From an uncultured Acidimicrobiia bacterium (GTDB taxonomy: Bacteria; Actinomycetota; Acidimicrobiia; Spongiisociales; ZC4RG35), in the NCBI GenBank assembly GCA_963790345.1, contig CAWBOD010000012.1, positions 148,188 to 212,187 on the forward strand: a stretch of 64,000 bases of DNA, in the 5' to 3' direction. Shown here one piece after another: positions 36,899 to 46,761 of this stretch; within the stretch, counting starts at the first letter, position 1; each line of letters starts with the position of its first letter. The notes below the pieces were generated by a model. The model saw only the letters and a list, made by a program, of their open reading frames with translations. It was not told the origin of the DNA and made no database searches. The translations under genes and the position numbers were made by a program.

Positions 36899-39133
36899 TT
36901 AGGCCATGAACGCCCGCAGAACGTTCTCCGTCATCCGTGACACGTTGTTTTCGTAGTCGTTGTGAGACAGGCTCCCGAACCAGTTGATCGAGCCCACCGA
37001 GAACACCGCTCCGTCGTTCGGCGTCTCGAAATAGACGATGTCGGCTCGTACCCGGGGATTGTCGGTCCCGTGGATCTCCTTCATGGTGACCGCCTGCTCC
37101 TCGTGACATATGAGGTAGTAGTCGCTGTGCCTTCCCTCGGAAGTGGCGACCCGCAGGGCATGCGGCGGTGTGCCCAGAGCCGGCTCGAACCGATCCAGCT
37201 CGTCTCCGGCCGCTCCGTTCATCACCAGCCCGAAGTCGCCGATCACATCGTCGCCCACACCCTCGAAGATGAACGCGGCCCGCGGGTCATTTGAGTCCGC
37301 CAGCCTGACGTAGCCGGGGGTCTTTAGATCCCATCCCTGGGCCGCGAACCCGACCCCCACCAATTGATTGGGCGGACGCCCTCGGTGGCGCCAGATCCCT
37401 CCGAGCTCTCCGGTGGTGGAGAGATGAACTTCGCCCGGATGACTCTCCCAGGCTCGTGTGCCCGAGTACCCGCGGCGCACTTCGATGACATGCTCGCGGT
37501 CGGGATCGAACGCGGTCACCCAGTAGAACCCATTGCCGCCCAGGTACATGACGCGGCCGCCTTGCTGGAGGTAGGTCACCACCCCGTCCAGCATCTGCTG
37601 GGTCCAGTACTCGGGATGGCTGCCGGTGACCATGACCTTGTAGCGGCTCAACAGGTCGTTCCCCTGCCTGTGGAGATCCTCGTCGATCACTACGTCATAG
37701 GTGATCCCCTTCGCTTCCAGCCAGTCGATCAGATAGAGATCGAAGGGGAAGTGGCGGGGTCCGCCCGTGACCCAATGCTTGTGGGTGGGACGCATCGACA
37801 CGATTGGTCGCAAATAGTGCGAATAGGCGATCCCGCTTCCGTCCCGGTGAACGTCGTAGAGGGAGGCACCGTACTCCCGGTGCTCGCCCAGGAAGAGATC
37901 GTATGGATCGACGACGATCGGGATGTTGGTCAGGCCTGAGAAGTCGACCCCCTCCGAAAGAATCAGGCTTTCGTTGGCGTAAGCCAGGTAGGTGTTGGTC
38001 GGCACCAAGAAGACGACGTCGGCCGTTGCCGTTCCGTCGGGGGGACGGACGAAGAAAGGGACGTAGTCCTCCGCACCATCCGCAAAAAGATGAGCCGCGT
38101 AACACCCGCTCCGCAGATCGCCCGGCACCTGCCAGGTGAAGGCGACGGGCCACCGGCAGTCTTCGAGGTCGTCGTCGTGGAAATGGATGGCTCCGTACTG
38201 GTCGGGGGCGTCGGCGGGAGCGTACGCGGACGCGTCCCAGTTGTGGCCGTGCATTGCCCGGACCGGCATGTTCACCAACCGCCCATCGGATTCCCGGACG
38301 ACGTCTGGTACCTCCCGCGAGTCGTGCCCGATAGCCGAGAAGTCCCACGCCGCGGCAAGGCCGTCGATCGAGGAGATGGCCGTCGTACGAGACGCGAGGT
38401 GGTCGATCTCAGAATCGGTCAAAGCCCGATCGAACAGGTGCGGGTTCTCGACCTTGCCGTTGTAGCAACCTCGAGCAATGGCATCGGGCCCTTCCAGCCA
38501 TCCGGCCGCCACCAGGACGGGTCCCCCTTCCGCGTCCCCCGGCACCACACCATCGAAGCCGGCGGAAGCGTTGAGGATCCCGTCGGCCATGGGCCATTGC
38601 GGGGCGAGATGACATCTGAGTCTCGCTTCGCCCGACTCGGCATCGAAGGTCGCGGCCAGGAAATACCATTGCCGGGACCTGAGCGGTCGATCCGTGCGGA
38701 GCTCCCGCTCGTCGCCGGCCTGCGCCTTTACCTTCAGGGACACATGTCCATCGCCATCGATGAAGAGCCCCCAGCCCCCGCGCTCAGGCGACCAACGGGT
38801 GATGAGACCCTGAAGTTGCCCCTCGGCGGGCATTGTTGGCCAGATCCACGCGTGCAGGGTGAAGCCGTTGCGGAGATCGGGAGGATCGTCCACTCTGAGA
38901 TACGAGCCCGTGTGGGTGTCTTGGCGGGCCCCCGAATACTTCTGGTTGACAGTCGCCTCGACAGGTTCAGCCTTGAATCCAGGACCATCCGGGTTGTTGT
39001 CACCGTGGATCAGCCGGACGATCTCGACCTGGTATTCGTCGAATTCTGATGAGACCATGAAGTCGACTGGTTCACCCGGCTGAATGGAGAGATTGCCCGC
39101 GTATCCAATCAGTTCCCTGCGTGCTCCGGTCAT
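36899..39133 (-). CDS. N,N-dimethylformamidase large (beta) subunit-family protein, paralogue 1 (intact, 744 aa)
   Basis: The N-terminus looks like a LamG/concanavalin-like region (GFTLHAWIWP, WYFLAATFD). The C-terminus looks like a glutamine-amidotransferase-like region (VMVTGSHPEYWT, YLGGNGFYW, VEVRRG). This is my recollection of the DMFase beta-subunit / DUF6605 family. No small-subunit gene is adjacent. Confidence 0.7.
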   Translation of the reverse strand: MTGARRELIGYAGNLSIQPGEPVDFMVSSEFDEYQVEIVRLIHGDNNPDGPGFKAEPVEATVNQKYSGARQDTHTGSYLRVDDPPDLRNGFTLHAWIWPTMPAEGQLQGLITRWSPERGGWGLFIDGDGHVSLKVKAQAGDERELRTDRPLRSRQWYFLAATFDAESGEARLRCHLAPQWPMADGILNASAGFDGVVPGDAEGGPVLVAAGWLEGPDAIARGCYNGKVENPHLFDRALTDSEIDHLASRTTAISSIDGLAAAWDFSAIGHDSREVPDVVRESDGRLVNMPVRAMHGHNWDASAYAPADAPDQYGAIHFHDDDLEDCRWPVAFTWQVPGDLRSGCYAAHLFADGAEDYVPFFVRPPDGTATADVVFLVPTNTYLAYANESLILSEGVDFSGLTNIPIVVDPYDLFLGEHREYGASLYDVHRDGSGIAYSHYLRPIVSMRPTHKHWVTGGPRHFPFDLYLIDWLEAKGITYDVVIDEDLHRQGNDLLSRYKVMVTGSHPEYWTQQMLDGVVTYLQQGGRVMYLGGNGFYWVTAFDPDREHVIEVRRGYSGTRAWESHPGEVHLSTTGELGGIWRHRGRPPNQLVGVGFAAQGWDLKTPGYVRLADSNDPRAAFIFEGVGDDVIGDFGLVMNGAAGDELDRFEPALGTPPHALRVATSEGRHSDYYLICHEEQAVTMKEIHGTDNPRVRADIVYFETPNDGAVFSVGSINWFGSLSHNDYENNVSRMTENVLRAFMA

Positions 39134-39148
39134 GGGTGGATGCCCCTC

Positions 39149-39161
39149 TCTTTATACAATC
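39149..39161 (-). promoter_or_regulatory. Conserved 13-mer tctttatacaatc (minus strand GATTGTATAAAGA): putative -10 or operator upstream of DMFase paralogue 1
   Basis: It lies 16-28 nt upstream of ATG 39133, followed on the minus strand by GAGAGGGG (SD). The same 13-mer occurs at 49199-49211 upstream of paralogue 2. Confidence 0.45.
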
Positions 39162-39266
39162 GGCCCGGACACCCTAGCGAGACGACCAATCCCCAACCCC
39201 GGATCCAGGGAGTTCGTCCTGGTTAACCCAACATTGGAGAGAACGTGGCGCAAGCACCCGAACAAA

Positions 39267-40047
39267 GTGACCCCCGCCGCCCGGCCGGCGAGGTTCGACG
39301 GACGGGTCGCACTCGTGACGGGGGGGAACCGCGGGATCGGCCACGCGGTCGTGGAACGGCTCGCGACCGAAGGCGCTTCGGTGATTTCGTTGCAGCGGAA
39401 CCAATCCCCGTCACTCGTCGACTGGGAGGTGCCCGACCCGGCCCGGGTCATCGTCGCTCGCGGCGACATCCGGGAAAGCGACTCCGTGAAAGGCGCCATC
39501 GAGGAAGCGGTCGGCGAGTTCGGACGGCTCGACATCATCGTGAACAATGCAGCGGTCGGCCTGCTGCGGAGTGTCGAGAACACGGACGACGAGGAGTACG
39601 ACGTCCTCTTCGACACGAATCTCCGTGGAATCTTCCACACCTCCCGGCACGGAATCCCACATCTCCGCCGGGCCGGAGGTGGAAGCATCGTCAACATCGG
39701 GTCAGTGGCTGCTTATGTGGGATTTCTGACTGACGCCGCCTACTGCGCATCCAAGGGGGCAGTCGCTCGCACTCACGAAACAGATGGCGATCGAATACGC
39801 CCGGGAGCGAATCAGGGTGAACTGTGTCTCCCCGGGGTTTGTCGAAACCGAGCAGATGCGCGACTACGTCCAGGGACAACCGGATCCGGCCGCCGCTGAG
39901 GAGGAGATAACCGCACTTCATCCCATGGGTCGGATCGCCCAACCCGCCGAGATCGCCGCAGTCGTCGCATTCCTGGCATCCGACGATGCCTCGTTCGTCA
40001 CCGGGACATCACTGGTCGCCGACGGGGGCATGCTCGCTCGACCGTAG
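39267..40047 (+). pseudogene. SDR-family oxidoreductase, frame disrupted at 39768
   Basis: VALVTGGNRGIGHAV, NNAA and YCASKGAVA lie in ORF 39084..39899. The sequence continues (A)LTKQMAIEYARERIRVNCVSPGFVETE... in ORF 39784..40047. There is one extra c at 39768. The start is taken as GTG 39267 and is uncertain. Confidence 0.75.
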
Positions 40048-40815
40048 TCAGCCGACGGCCACCACGATCTCGGTCCACACGCCTCGCGCATCCATCTCGA
40101 ACTCGAGTCCCTCGATCGGCGGAAGGGACGGATACCACCTAACCCCACGGATCAGGGCGAAGCCGGTCCGAGGCAGCATCGCGTCGACCAGGACGGTGGA
40201 CATCAGTTCGGCTGTGTAGACGTCAACCGTGGTCGTCTCCGGCCACGATGCCCCCAGACGCTGAAGTCGATCGGTGATGGTCTCGAGGACTCGAGCGACC
40301 TTCTGAGTCATACCTGCAGGAGTCCGGTCCCCCTTGCTCACGATGGCGTCGGCCGAGAGGGCGTCGCCTCGCAACTCACCGGCCCCCGATGTCACGAAGG
40401 AGAGGCGACGGGGCGTGCGATCCTCGACCGTATAGGAGAAGCCATACATCGAAGGCTCCTCGATTGAACCGAGAAGCGGTACGACATTGGTGCGGGCAAT
40501 CGGGTTGGCGCCATGCTCGTCGTAAAGGCCCCAATCCTGGAGGACGGCGCAGTAGGCGGCGTTGAACTCGACGAAACCTGGAAAGGAGAACTGAACGGGT
40601 GATCTCAGCTCGACCGCACAGAGCGCCGTGCGCGGCCGGCCAACTGAGGCGAGATGCTGATCAACCAGCCTGAAACCCTGGCGCCACGGCACCGGCTTCT
40701 CGAGGAGGGCGCGCACGATCTGGTGGTCACCATCGGCAACGACCCCCGACGAATAGGGATCCCCGCCAAGGAGGAAGAGGTATCCCCCGGCCGTCGGAGT
40801 CAAAGGCACGGTCAC
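40048..40815 (-). CDS. Conserved hypothetical protein; tentatively 2-amino-5-chloromuconate-deaminase (CnbZ)-like
   Basis: GTG at 40815 overlaps the ABC ATPase stop (GTGA). Intact 255 aa: VTVPLTPTAGGYLFLLGGDPYSSGVVA...ELRSPVQFSFPGFVEFNAAY...NPIARTNVVP. The family assignment rests on memory only. Confidence 0.45.
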   Translation of the reverse strand: MTVPLTPTAGGYLFLLGGDPYSSGVVADGDHQIVRALLEKPVPWRQGFRLVDQHLASVGRPRTALCAVELRSPVQFSFPGFVEFNAAYCAVLQDWGLYDEHGANPIARTNVVPLLGSIEEPSMYGFSYTVEDRTPRRLSFVTSGAGELRGDALSADAIVSKGDRTPAGMTQKVARVLETITDRLQRLGASWPETTTVDVYTAELMSTVLVDAMLPRTGFALIRGVRWYPSLPPIEGLEFEMDARGVWTEIVVAVG

Positions 40816-41876
40816 GCGTTCTCTGCGAGGGAAGAGTCGGCAAACGGAAGCACATGGCAAGCCACCCGGCGCCTCGTCCCGACCCCAAAAGGCTCGAGCA
40901 TCGGGTCCTCGGTGGCGCATCGATCCTCGGCGTAGGGGCAGCGACTCCGGTACCGGCAGCCCGACGGGATTTCGAATGGGGACGGCACATCACCTGAGAT
41001 GGACGCTTCGCCTCTCCGCCTACGAACCATCGGGTCGGGATGTGCTGCCACCAGGGCCCTGGTGTATGGATGTTGGGGACTTCCGAAGACCGCCCTGACC
41101 GGTCCTTCTTCGACGATGCGGCCCAGGTACATGATCGCAACGCGGTCGGACACGTTGGAGACCACAGCCAGGTCGTGAGCGATGAACACCATCGCGAGAC
41201 CCAGCCGGTCTTTCAGATCAGCGAACAGGTTCAGGATCTGCGCCTGGATCGACAGGTCCAAGGCGCTCACCGCTTCGTCTGCGATGAGGACTTCGGGCTC
41301 GACTGCCAGGGCCCGAGCGATAGCCGCACGTTGGCGCTGGCCACCGCTGAGAGCTCGCGGCAGGCGACCAGCCAGCGCCCGCGGCAGGCCCACGGTGCTG
41401 AGCAAATTGGCCACGAAACCTTCCCGATCTGGCCCTACCCGGCCGTGAACGAGGCCAGCCTCGAGGATGGCGCCTCCAATCGTTATCCGCGGATTCAAAG
41501 ACGTGAACGGATCCTGAAATACCATCTGCATCCGGCGATGGAGGGCGCTCAACTGACTGCGGTCGGCGTCGGTCATGTCCTGTCCGTCGAAAAAGACCTG
41601 ACCGGAATTCGGCCGATAGAGGGATACGAGGCATCGAGCCAGGGTGCTCTTTCCGCTTCCCGACTCACCGACGATGCCGAGCACCTCGTTCGGCATGAGG
41701 TCAAACGAAACGCCATCGACAGCGGTCACCCGATCGACTGTCTTCCCGCGCGCCGCGGCGACCAGAGAACGATCGAGGTCGAACCACTTCACGAGGTTGC
41801 GCACCGAGAGGATCGGTCGCGACCCGGGCTGCTCGGCAGGGGTGGCCGCGGGTTCAGAAGGACCCATATGGTTCAT
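40812..41876 (-). CDS. Peptide/nickel ABC transporter ATP-binding protein (DppF/OppF-like)
   Basis: ATG at 41876 overlaps the upstream stop (ATGA). Walker A GESGSGKST, signature LSGGQRQR and a C-terminal oligopeptide-type Cys-rich extension (SGCRYRSRCPYAEDRC) are present. Confidence 0.85.
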   Translation of the reverse strand: MNHMGPSEPAATPAEQPGSRPILSVRNLVKWFDLDRSLVAAARGKTVDRVTAVDGVSFDLMPNEVLGIVGESGSGKSTLARCLVSLYRPNSGQVFFDGQDMTDADRSQLSALHRRMQMVFQDPFTSLNPRITIGGAILEAGLVHGRVGPDREGFVANLLSTVGLPRALAGRLPRALSGGQRQRAAIARALAVEPEVLIADEAVSALDLSIQAQILNLFADLKDRLGLAMVFIAHDLAVVSNVSDRVAIMYLGRIVEEGPVRAVFGSPQHPYTRALVAAHPDPMVRRRRGEASISGDVPSPFEIPSGCRYRSRCPYAEDRCATEDPMLEPFGVGTRRRVACHVLPFADSSLAENA

Positions 41877-42913
41877 GCAGCCTGCCCGGCAAACGGACAT
41901 GCCGACATCCGGCCGGGTCCAACTTCGATCAAACGCATCGACACATCGGCGCAGGCAGGTCGAGCAAGCGGGCAACGGGGAGCGAACGGGCACCCGGGGA
42001 CGAGATCGGAGAGGTCGGGAGGGTATCCGGGGATTGTCCGGAGACGCTGAGACTCCCCTGGCACCAGCTCGGGCATGGCATCGATCAGTGCCTTGGTGTA
42101 TGGATGGCTGGGACTTCGCAAGATGTCTCCTACCGCAGCCACCTCGACCACGTAGCCCGCATACATCACAGCGACCCGATCGGCCATCTGCCCGATAACC
42201 CCCATGTCGTGGGACACCAGGATCATCGACATCTTGGTCCGGTGTTGGACCTCTCCGAGCAGCCGCAACACCTGATCTTGAATTGTCACGTCGAGAGCTG
42301 TGGTCGGCTCATCGGCCAGGAGCAGCCTGGGCCCGCCGGCCAGGGCCATGGCGATCATCACGCGCTGTCGCATTCCTCCGCTGAGCTCGTGCGGATACGC
42401 CTTGATCCGCTTGGCCGGTGCCGGGATCCCGACGCTGTCGAGGAGTTCGATTCCGCGCCGATGGCAGCACGCTTGTTGAGTCCCTCATTCACGCGCAGGA
42501 CATCGCCAATCTGCTGCCCGATGGAGAACACCGGGTTGAGCGAGCTGGAAGGGTCCTGGAAGATCATTGCGATCTCCTGGGCACGAACCTCTCTGATCTC
42601 CGTGCGGAGAAAGCGTCAGAAGATCACGGCCTCCGTATTCGATGGACCCGCCCAGGACCGCCCCAGGATGCGGAACCATTCCGACGATCGCCTTGCAGGT
42701 CACGCTCTTGCCGGACCCGGACTCGCCCACCAGACCGAGGATTTCTCCCTGCGCCAGGTCGAGGTCGACGTTCTGCGCGGCGAAAGCGATACCCCGGCTG
42801 GTCGGGAAGCCGATTCTCAGCCCCCTTATGCTCAAGAGAGGATCGGAACCCACCGGCGGGCCGAGGTCCCTGCTCAGCGGTGTCGATGGTCTTCGGTCAC
42901 CCTGTGAGCACAC
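41873..42913 (-). pseudogene. Peptide ABC transporter ATP-binding protein (DppD/OppD-like) with two frame disruptions
   Basis: It is spread over three ORFs (42485..42913, 42358..42567, 41873..42373). They join as ...GESGSGKSVTCKAIVGM...EYGGRDLLTLSP|TEIREVRAQEIAMIFQDPSSSLNP...NKRAAI|[36 protein letters not shown].... The shifts are at about 42604 and about 42455. Confidence 0.8.
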
Positions 42914-43805
42914 CGAAACGCTGACCCAGTCGGTCAGCCACCGCGTCCCCCACCATGCTGAACCCAGAACCCAGCAGAACGATGACGGCCCCCGGAAGCG
43001 TGGTCACCCACCAGGCCTGCAATAGGACCTGCTGGCCCTCGGCGACCATCGCCCCGAGCTCGGGAGTGGGTGCCTGCACGCCGAGGCCGAGATATGACAG
43101 GCCCGCCAGAAGCAGCAGGTTGAGCACGATATCTGCCATCGAGAACACCAGGTTGGAGCGAATCAGGTTCGGCATGGCATGGCGGAGAATGATCCGACCG
43201 GTCGAATATCCCAGTGACCGGGCTGCCAGGATGAACTGCTGTTCGCGCAGAACCAGCATCTCGCCTCTCGTCAGCCGGGCATACAGGGTCCAGCCAACAG
43301 CCAATACGCCGATGTAGACGCCGGAAAGGCCGGGTCCCATGATGGCCACGACAGCGATTACCAAGACCATGAACGGGAAGGCGATGAAGGCGTCGATCAG
43401 GCGCACCGTGACGCCGTCCACCCAGCCCCGGTAGTAGCCAGCGAGGGCCCCGATCACCATCCCGACGATCATCGGGATGTAGGTGATTATCAGAACCACC
43501 AGCAGATCGAGCCGAATGGCATGCAGAGCCCGGGAGAAGATGTCTCGGCCGAACGTGTCGGTGCCCATGAAATGGTCGAGGGAAGGAGCCACTAGGCGAT
43601 TCGGGAGATCGAGCGCGATCGGATCGGCCGGCGCGAGCCACGGCGCCGCGATCCCGGCAATCGCCAGCATGCCCACGATTGCAACTCCCACGTACAGGGT
43701 CGCGTTGGACCAGCGACGTTCGGTCTGGGCCTTGCGAACGAGTTGCCTTGCCTCCCGACCCATGCCGGCGGCAAGCGGTTGACCGGTCGATTCGACAACG
43801 CTCAC
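42897..43805 (-). CDS. Peptide ABC transporter permease (DppC/OppC-like)
   Basis: GTG at 43805, intact. It has an N-terminal TM segment followed by DHFMGTDTFGRDIFSR and the BPD_transp_1 core. Confidence 0.8.
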   Translation of the reverse strand: MSVVESTGQPLAAGMGREARQLVRKAQTERRWSNATLYVGVAIVGMLAIAGIAAPWLAPADPIALDLPNRLVAPSLDHFMGTDTFGRDIFSRALHAIRLDLLVVLIITYIPMIVGMVIGALAGYYRGWVDGVTVRLIDAFIAFPFMVLVIAVVAIMGPGLSGVYIGVLAVGWTLYARLTRGEMLVLREQQFILAARSLGYSTGRIILRHAMPNLIRSNLVFSMADIVLNLLLLAGLSYLGLGVQAPTPELGAMVAEGQQVLLQAWWVTTLPGAVIVLLGSGFSMVGDAVADRLGQRFGVLTG

Positions 43806-44749
43806 GTGGCCGCTCTCCCTGTCGTATGCGCGGGTCGATGACCGCGTACGAGAGGTCGGCAAGGATGTTGACCGCGATCACCATCGCTCCGAAGACGATC
43901 ACGAGACCTTGGATAACCGGAAAGTCACGATTCAGTACGGACTGCACGAGCAGGGCTCCGAGCCCGGGAAGCTGGAAGACCACCTCGACTATCACCGTCC
44001 CGCTGATGAGGAATCCTATGTTGATCGAAAGGACGCTGATGAGAGGGACGAGCGCGTTGCGCATGGCGTACCTTCCAACAATCCTTGCCTCGCTGAATCC
44101 GAACGACCGGGCGGCCGCGATGTGCTCGCTCTCGAGCTGCTCCATGAGACTGGATCTGAGGGTTCGCATCAGTTGGGGAGCCAGGAACAGGCCGATTGTG
44201 AGTGACGGCAGGGTGAGGCTCTTGAGGACGGACAGGACGCCGGTCTGATAGCCGCCACTGGGAAACCAGCCGAGGTTGATCGAGAGCAGCAGGATCAGCA
44301 TCAGCCCGAGCCAAAACTGGGGCATCGCGAATGTGACCATGCTGCCGAGCCGGACCACCTGATCGATCGGACGGTTGGCGTGGATCGCCGACAGGGCACC
44401 CAGGGGAATTGCGATCAGCAAGGCCACGATGGTGGAGTACAAGAGCAGGTAGAGCGTCGGCATCACCCGGTCGAAGATGATGTCACGAACCGGCGCCCGC
44501 TTGACGAAGGAGTCGCCCAGATCGCCCTGCACAGCCCTTGCCACGAAGCCGGCGAACTGCTGGGGAATCGGTTTGTCCAAGCCGAGTTCGGCGGTGACGG
44601 TGGCGATGGTTTCGGGCGTGGCCTGGATCCCCAGCAGTCTGTATCACCGGATCGCCCGGTATCAGGCGAATTACGAGGAAGGCGCCGATCAGGATCGCGA
44701 TGAGCACCCAGGAGCTATGGAGCAACCGGCGTCTCAGGTAGATCCACAT
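43802..44749 (-). pseudogene. Peptide ABC transporter permease (DppB/OppB-like) with two frame disruptions, one of which removes its stop codon
   Basis: The N-terminus is in ORF 44483..44749 (MWIYLRRRLLHSSWVLIAILIGAFLVIRLIPGDPVIQ) and the remainder in ORF 42934..44580 (LLGIQATPETIA...). The first shift is at about 44638. After ...AVIDPRIR the frame runs on for 300 more codons through dppC. A third frame ends with TGA at 43802-43804 in a GTGA overlap with the dppC start, implying a second shift at about 43810-43835. Confidence 0.7.
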
Positions 44750-44771
44750 ACGCCCTCGAATGCTCCTTCGC

Positions 44772-44807
44772 GAGCCGGGTGGGTCCTGGACCGGAACCCA
44801 CCCGCTC
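44772..44807 (-). terminator. Intercistronic stem-loop after the peptide SBP gene
   Basis: gagccgggtgggt (44772-44784) pairs with acccacccgctc (44796-44807), giving 12 bp with one bulge. It begins 46 nt downstream of the SBP stop. Confidence 0.4.
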
Positions 44808-44852
44808 TCTTACTCCTATTCCAGCTTCAAGCTCGACTCGACCTGCAACGGA

Positions 44853-46543
44853 TCAGTCGCTGAGCCACACGTCTTCCATGTCCCACCATCCGTTGGGCAC
44901 GACCCGGAAGCCTTGCACGTTGTCGGCGACGGCGTGCGTGGTCGGCAGGAAGAACAGCGTCACCCAGGGCGCCTCATCCATGGCAAGCTGCTGGACCTGG
45001 GGCCAGACCTCTTCCCGAACCGCTTCGTCCACCGTGAATGCGGCTTGGCGGGTCAGGTCGACCAACTCCTGGGGAATGTCCCAGCCTGACAGGAATCCTC
45101 GCAGGGCGTTCTCGGGATCGTTGTCGTAGAAGAGCAAGGCCACCTCGTCGGGAACGACCACGTCGGAGGTGAACTTGGGCAAGGGAATGCCCGCCTCATA
45201 CTGCATCGTGAAGAATCGGTCCCCGAAGAGGGACCCGGTATCGACCTCCTCGAGAGTGAGGTTCACCCCGATTTCCGCCCATTGCGACTGGAGGATCGTG
45301 CCGAGCTGGCGGTGGGTCGATGAACCTGCCGGGTAGATCAGCGTCAGGTCGAACCCGTCCGGCATCGAGGACGCCGCCATCAGCTCCTGGGCTCGTGCCA
45401 GGTCGAAGTCGTAGGCCGGGACCGTTGCGTAGTCGGCGTGATAGGTCGCCTTGGGGATCATGCTGTTGGCGACTTCGCCGACGCCCCCATAGACCGCCTC
45501 ATTGATGGCGTCTTTGTCGGTCGCGTAGTTCAACGCCTGCCGCACCCCCACCTCGCCGAGCGGGGCAAATTGATGATTGAGGAAAACGGCCTCGTACCGG
45601 ACGATGTCGTCCACCTGGACGGTGAACCCTTCCGCGTTGGCGAGTTCCGGAATCTGGGTGAATGGAACCCCCTCGACGATGTGGGCGTCGCCACCCTGGA
45701 TCCGAAGCATCCGGGCGTTGTCATCGGGGATGAAATCGAAGCGCACCTCATCCAGATACGGCTTTCCTTCCTCCCAGTAATTCTCGTTGCGCTCGACCGT
45801 GATGTGCGAGCCCAGGACCCACTCCTTGAGCTTGAACGGGCCGGTTCCAAGGGGGTTTTGCCAGTGAGCCTCCCCCTCGGCTTCGACCGCCGCTTTGTTC
45901 ACAATCGAAGCCGGGAAGACCGAGATGTTCTCGAGGAATGAGCCAACGGGTCGGTCGAGGTTCACCTGCACGGTCTGCTCGTCGACGATGTCGACACTCT
46001 CGATGCCGATGCCGAGGCTGGGGATGTTCACGTTGATAGCCGGGATCGGCAAAGCGCATCAGCGAGAATTGGACATCCTCGGCCGTGACCGGATCGCCGT
46101 TGGAGAACATTGCGTTGTCCCGGATGTGGAAGGTCCAGGTCAGTCCGTCTTCGCTGGATTCCCATTCGTCCGCCAGACCGGGCCCGACCTCGGGGCAACG
46201 TGTCGGGATCGGCCTCGACGAGCGTGTTGAAGATCTGGACGCGGACGAATATGGAGCCGTTGTCGGCCACCCCCATCGGATCGAGCGATTGGGTCTCGAA
46301 GAAGCGAGCAAATGTCAACGAGCCGCCCGTCTTGGGACCACCCTCCTCGGCGGCCGCAGTGGTCGTCGTTTATTCAGCGGCGCCGGCCGTCGTGGTGGTC
46401 GCGCCACCGTCGTCCGGTGGGGCGGTCGTGCTGCCGTCGGTGGTGTCGGTGGCAGCACCGCTGCAGGCGGCCGCGATCAGCAGAAAAGCTGCCATGGCCG
46501 CGATCCACAGGATGCCCTTTCGTTCATGTCGCCGGGCTCGCAT
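44853..46543 (-). pseudogene. Peptide/nickel ABC transporter substrate-binding lipoprotein (family 5, DppA/OppA-like) with two frame disruptions and one in-frame TAA
   Basis: ATG at 46543 lies 8 nt after AAGGAGG. The signal peptide has lipobox LIAAACSG followed by a Thr/Ala/Gly linker containing TAA at 46370-46372. Then ...FARFFETQSLDPMG...DPDTLP|EVGPGLADEWESSEDGLTWTFHIRD...MRFADP|AINVNIPSLG... joins ORF 44853..46052. The shifts are at about 46192-46195 (a CCCC run on the coding strand) and about 46041. Confidence 0.75.
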
Positions 46544-46650
46544 GATCCTGTCCTCCTTAGTCATGTGCTCGACGCCTGATCGGTCTGTAGATCTTCGGGC
46601 ACGTCGCGCGATGCGAATCTATTCAGGGCGCCCCGCCCCTTGCAACTAAT

Positions 46651-46656
46651 CTTATA
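46651..46656 (-). promoter_or_regulatory. Putative -10 element (minus strand AATGTTATAAGA) for the peptide ABC operon
   Basis: An AT-rich island, aatcttataacatt, about 107 nt upstream of ATG 46543. It shares AATGTTATAA with the FAH-gene site at 28009-28018. Confidence 0.35.
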
Positions 46657-46761
46657 ACATTCTCGCCAGTGCCGAACCACGGGGTATTAGGTCGGGTTGC
46701 GCTTGGCCGAAGCAGTTGGGATCAGCGAAGAAGCAGGCCCGACAAGCTGGTCGTCCGGTCC

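Noticed and set aside
42934-44580. A 548-aa ORF that looks like a fused DppB-DppC protein.
   Set aside because: Only its first part (about 250 aa) is DppB. The rest is an out-of-frame reading of dppC, which has its own intact frame (42897..43805). The fusion is explained by a lost stop codon.
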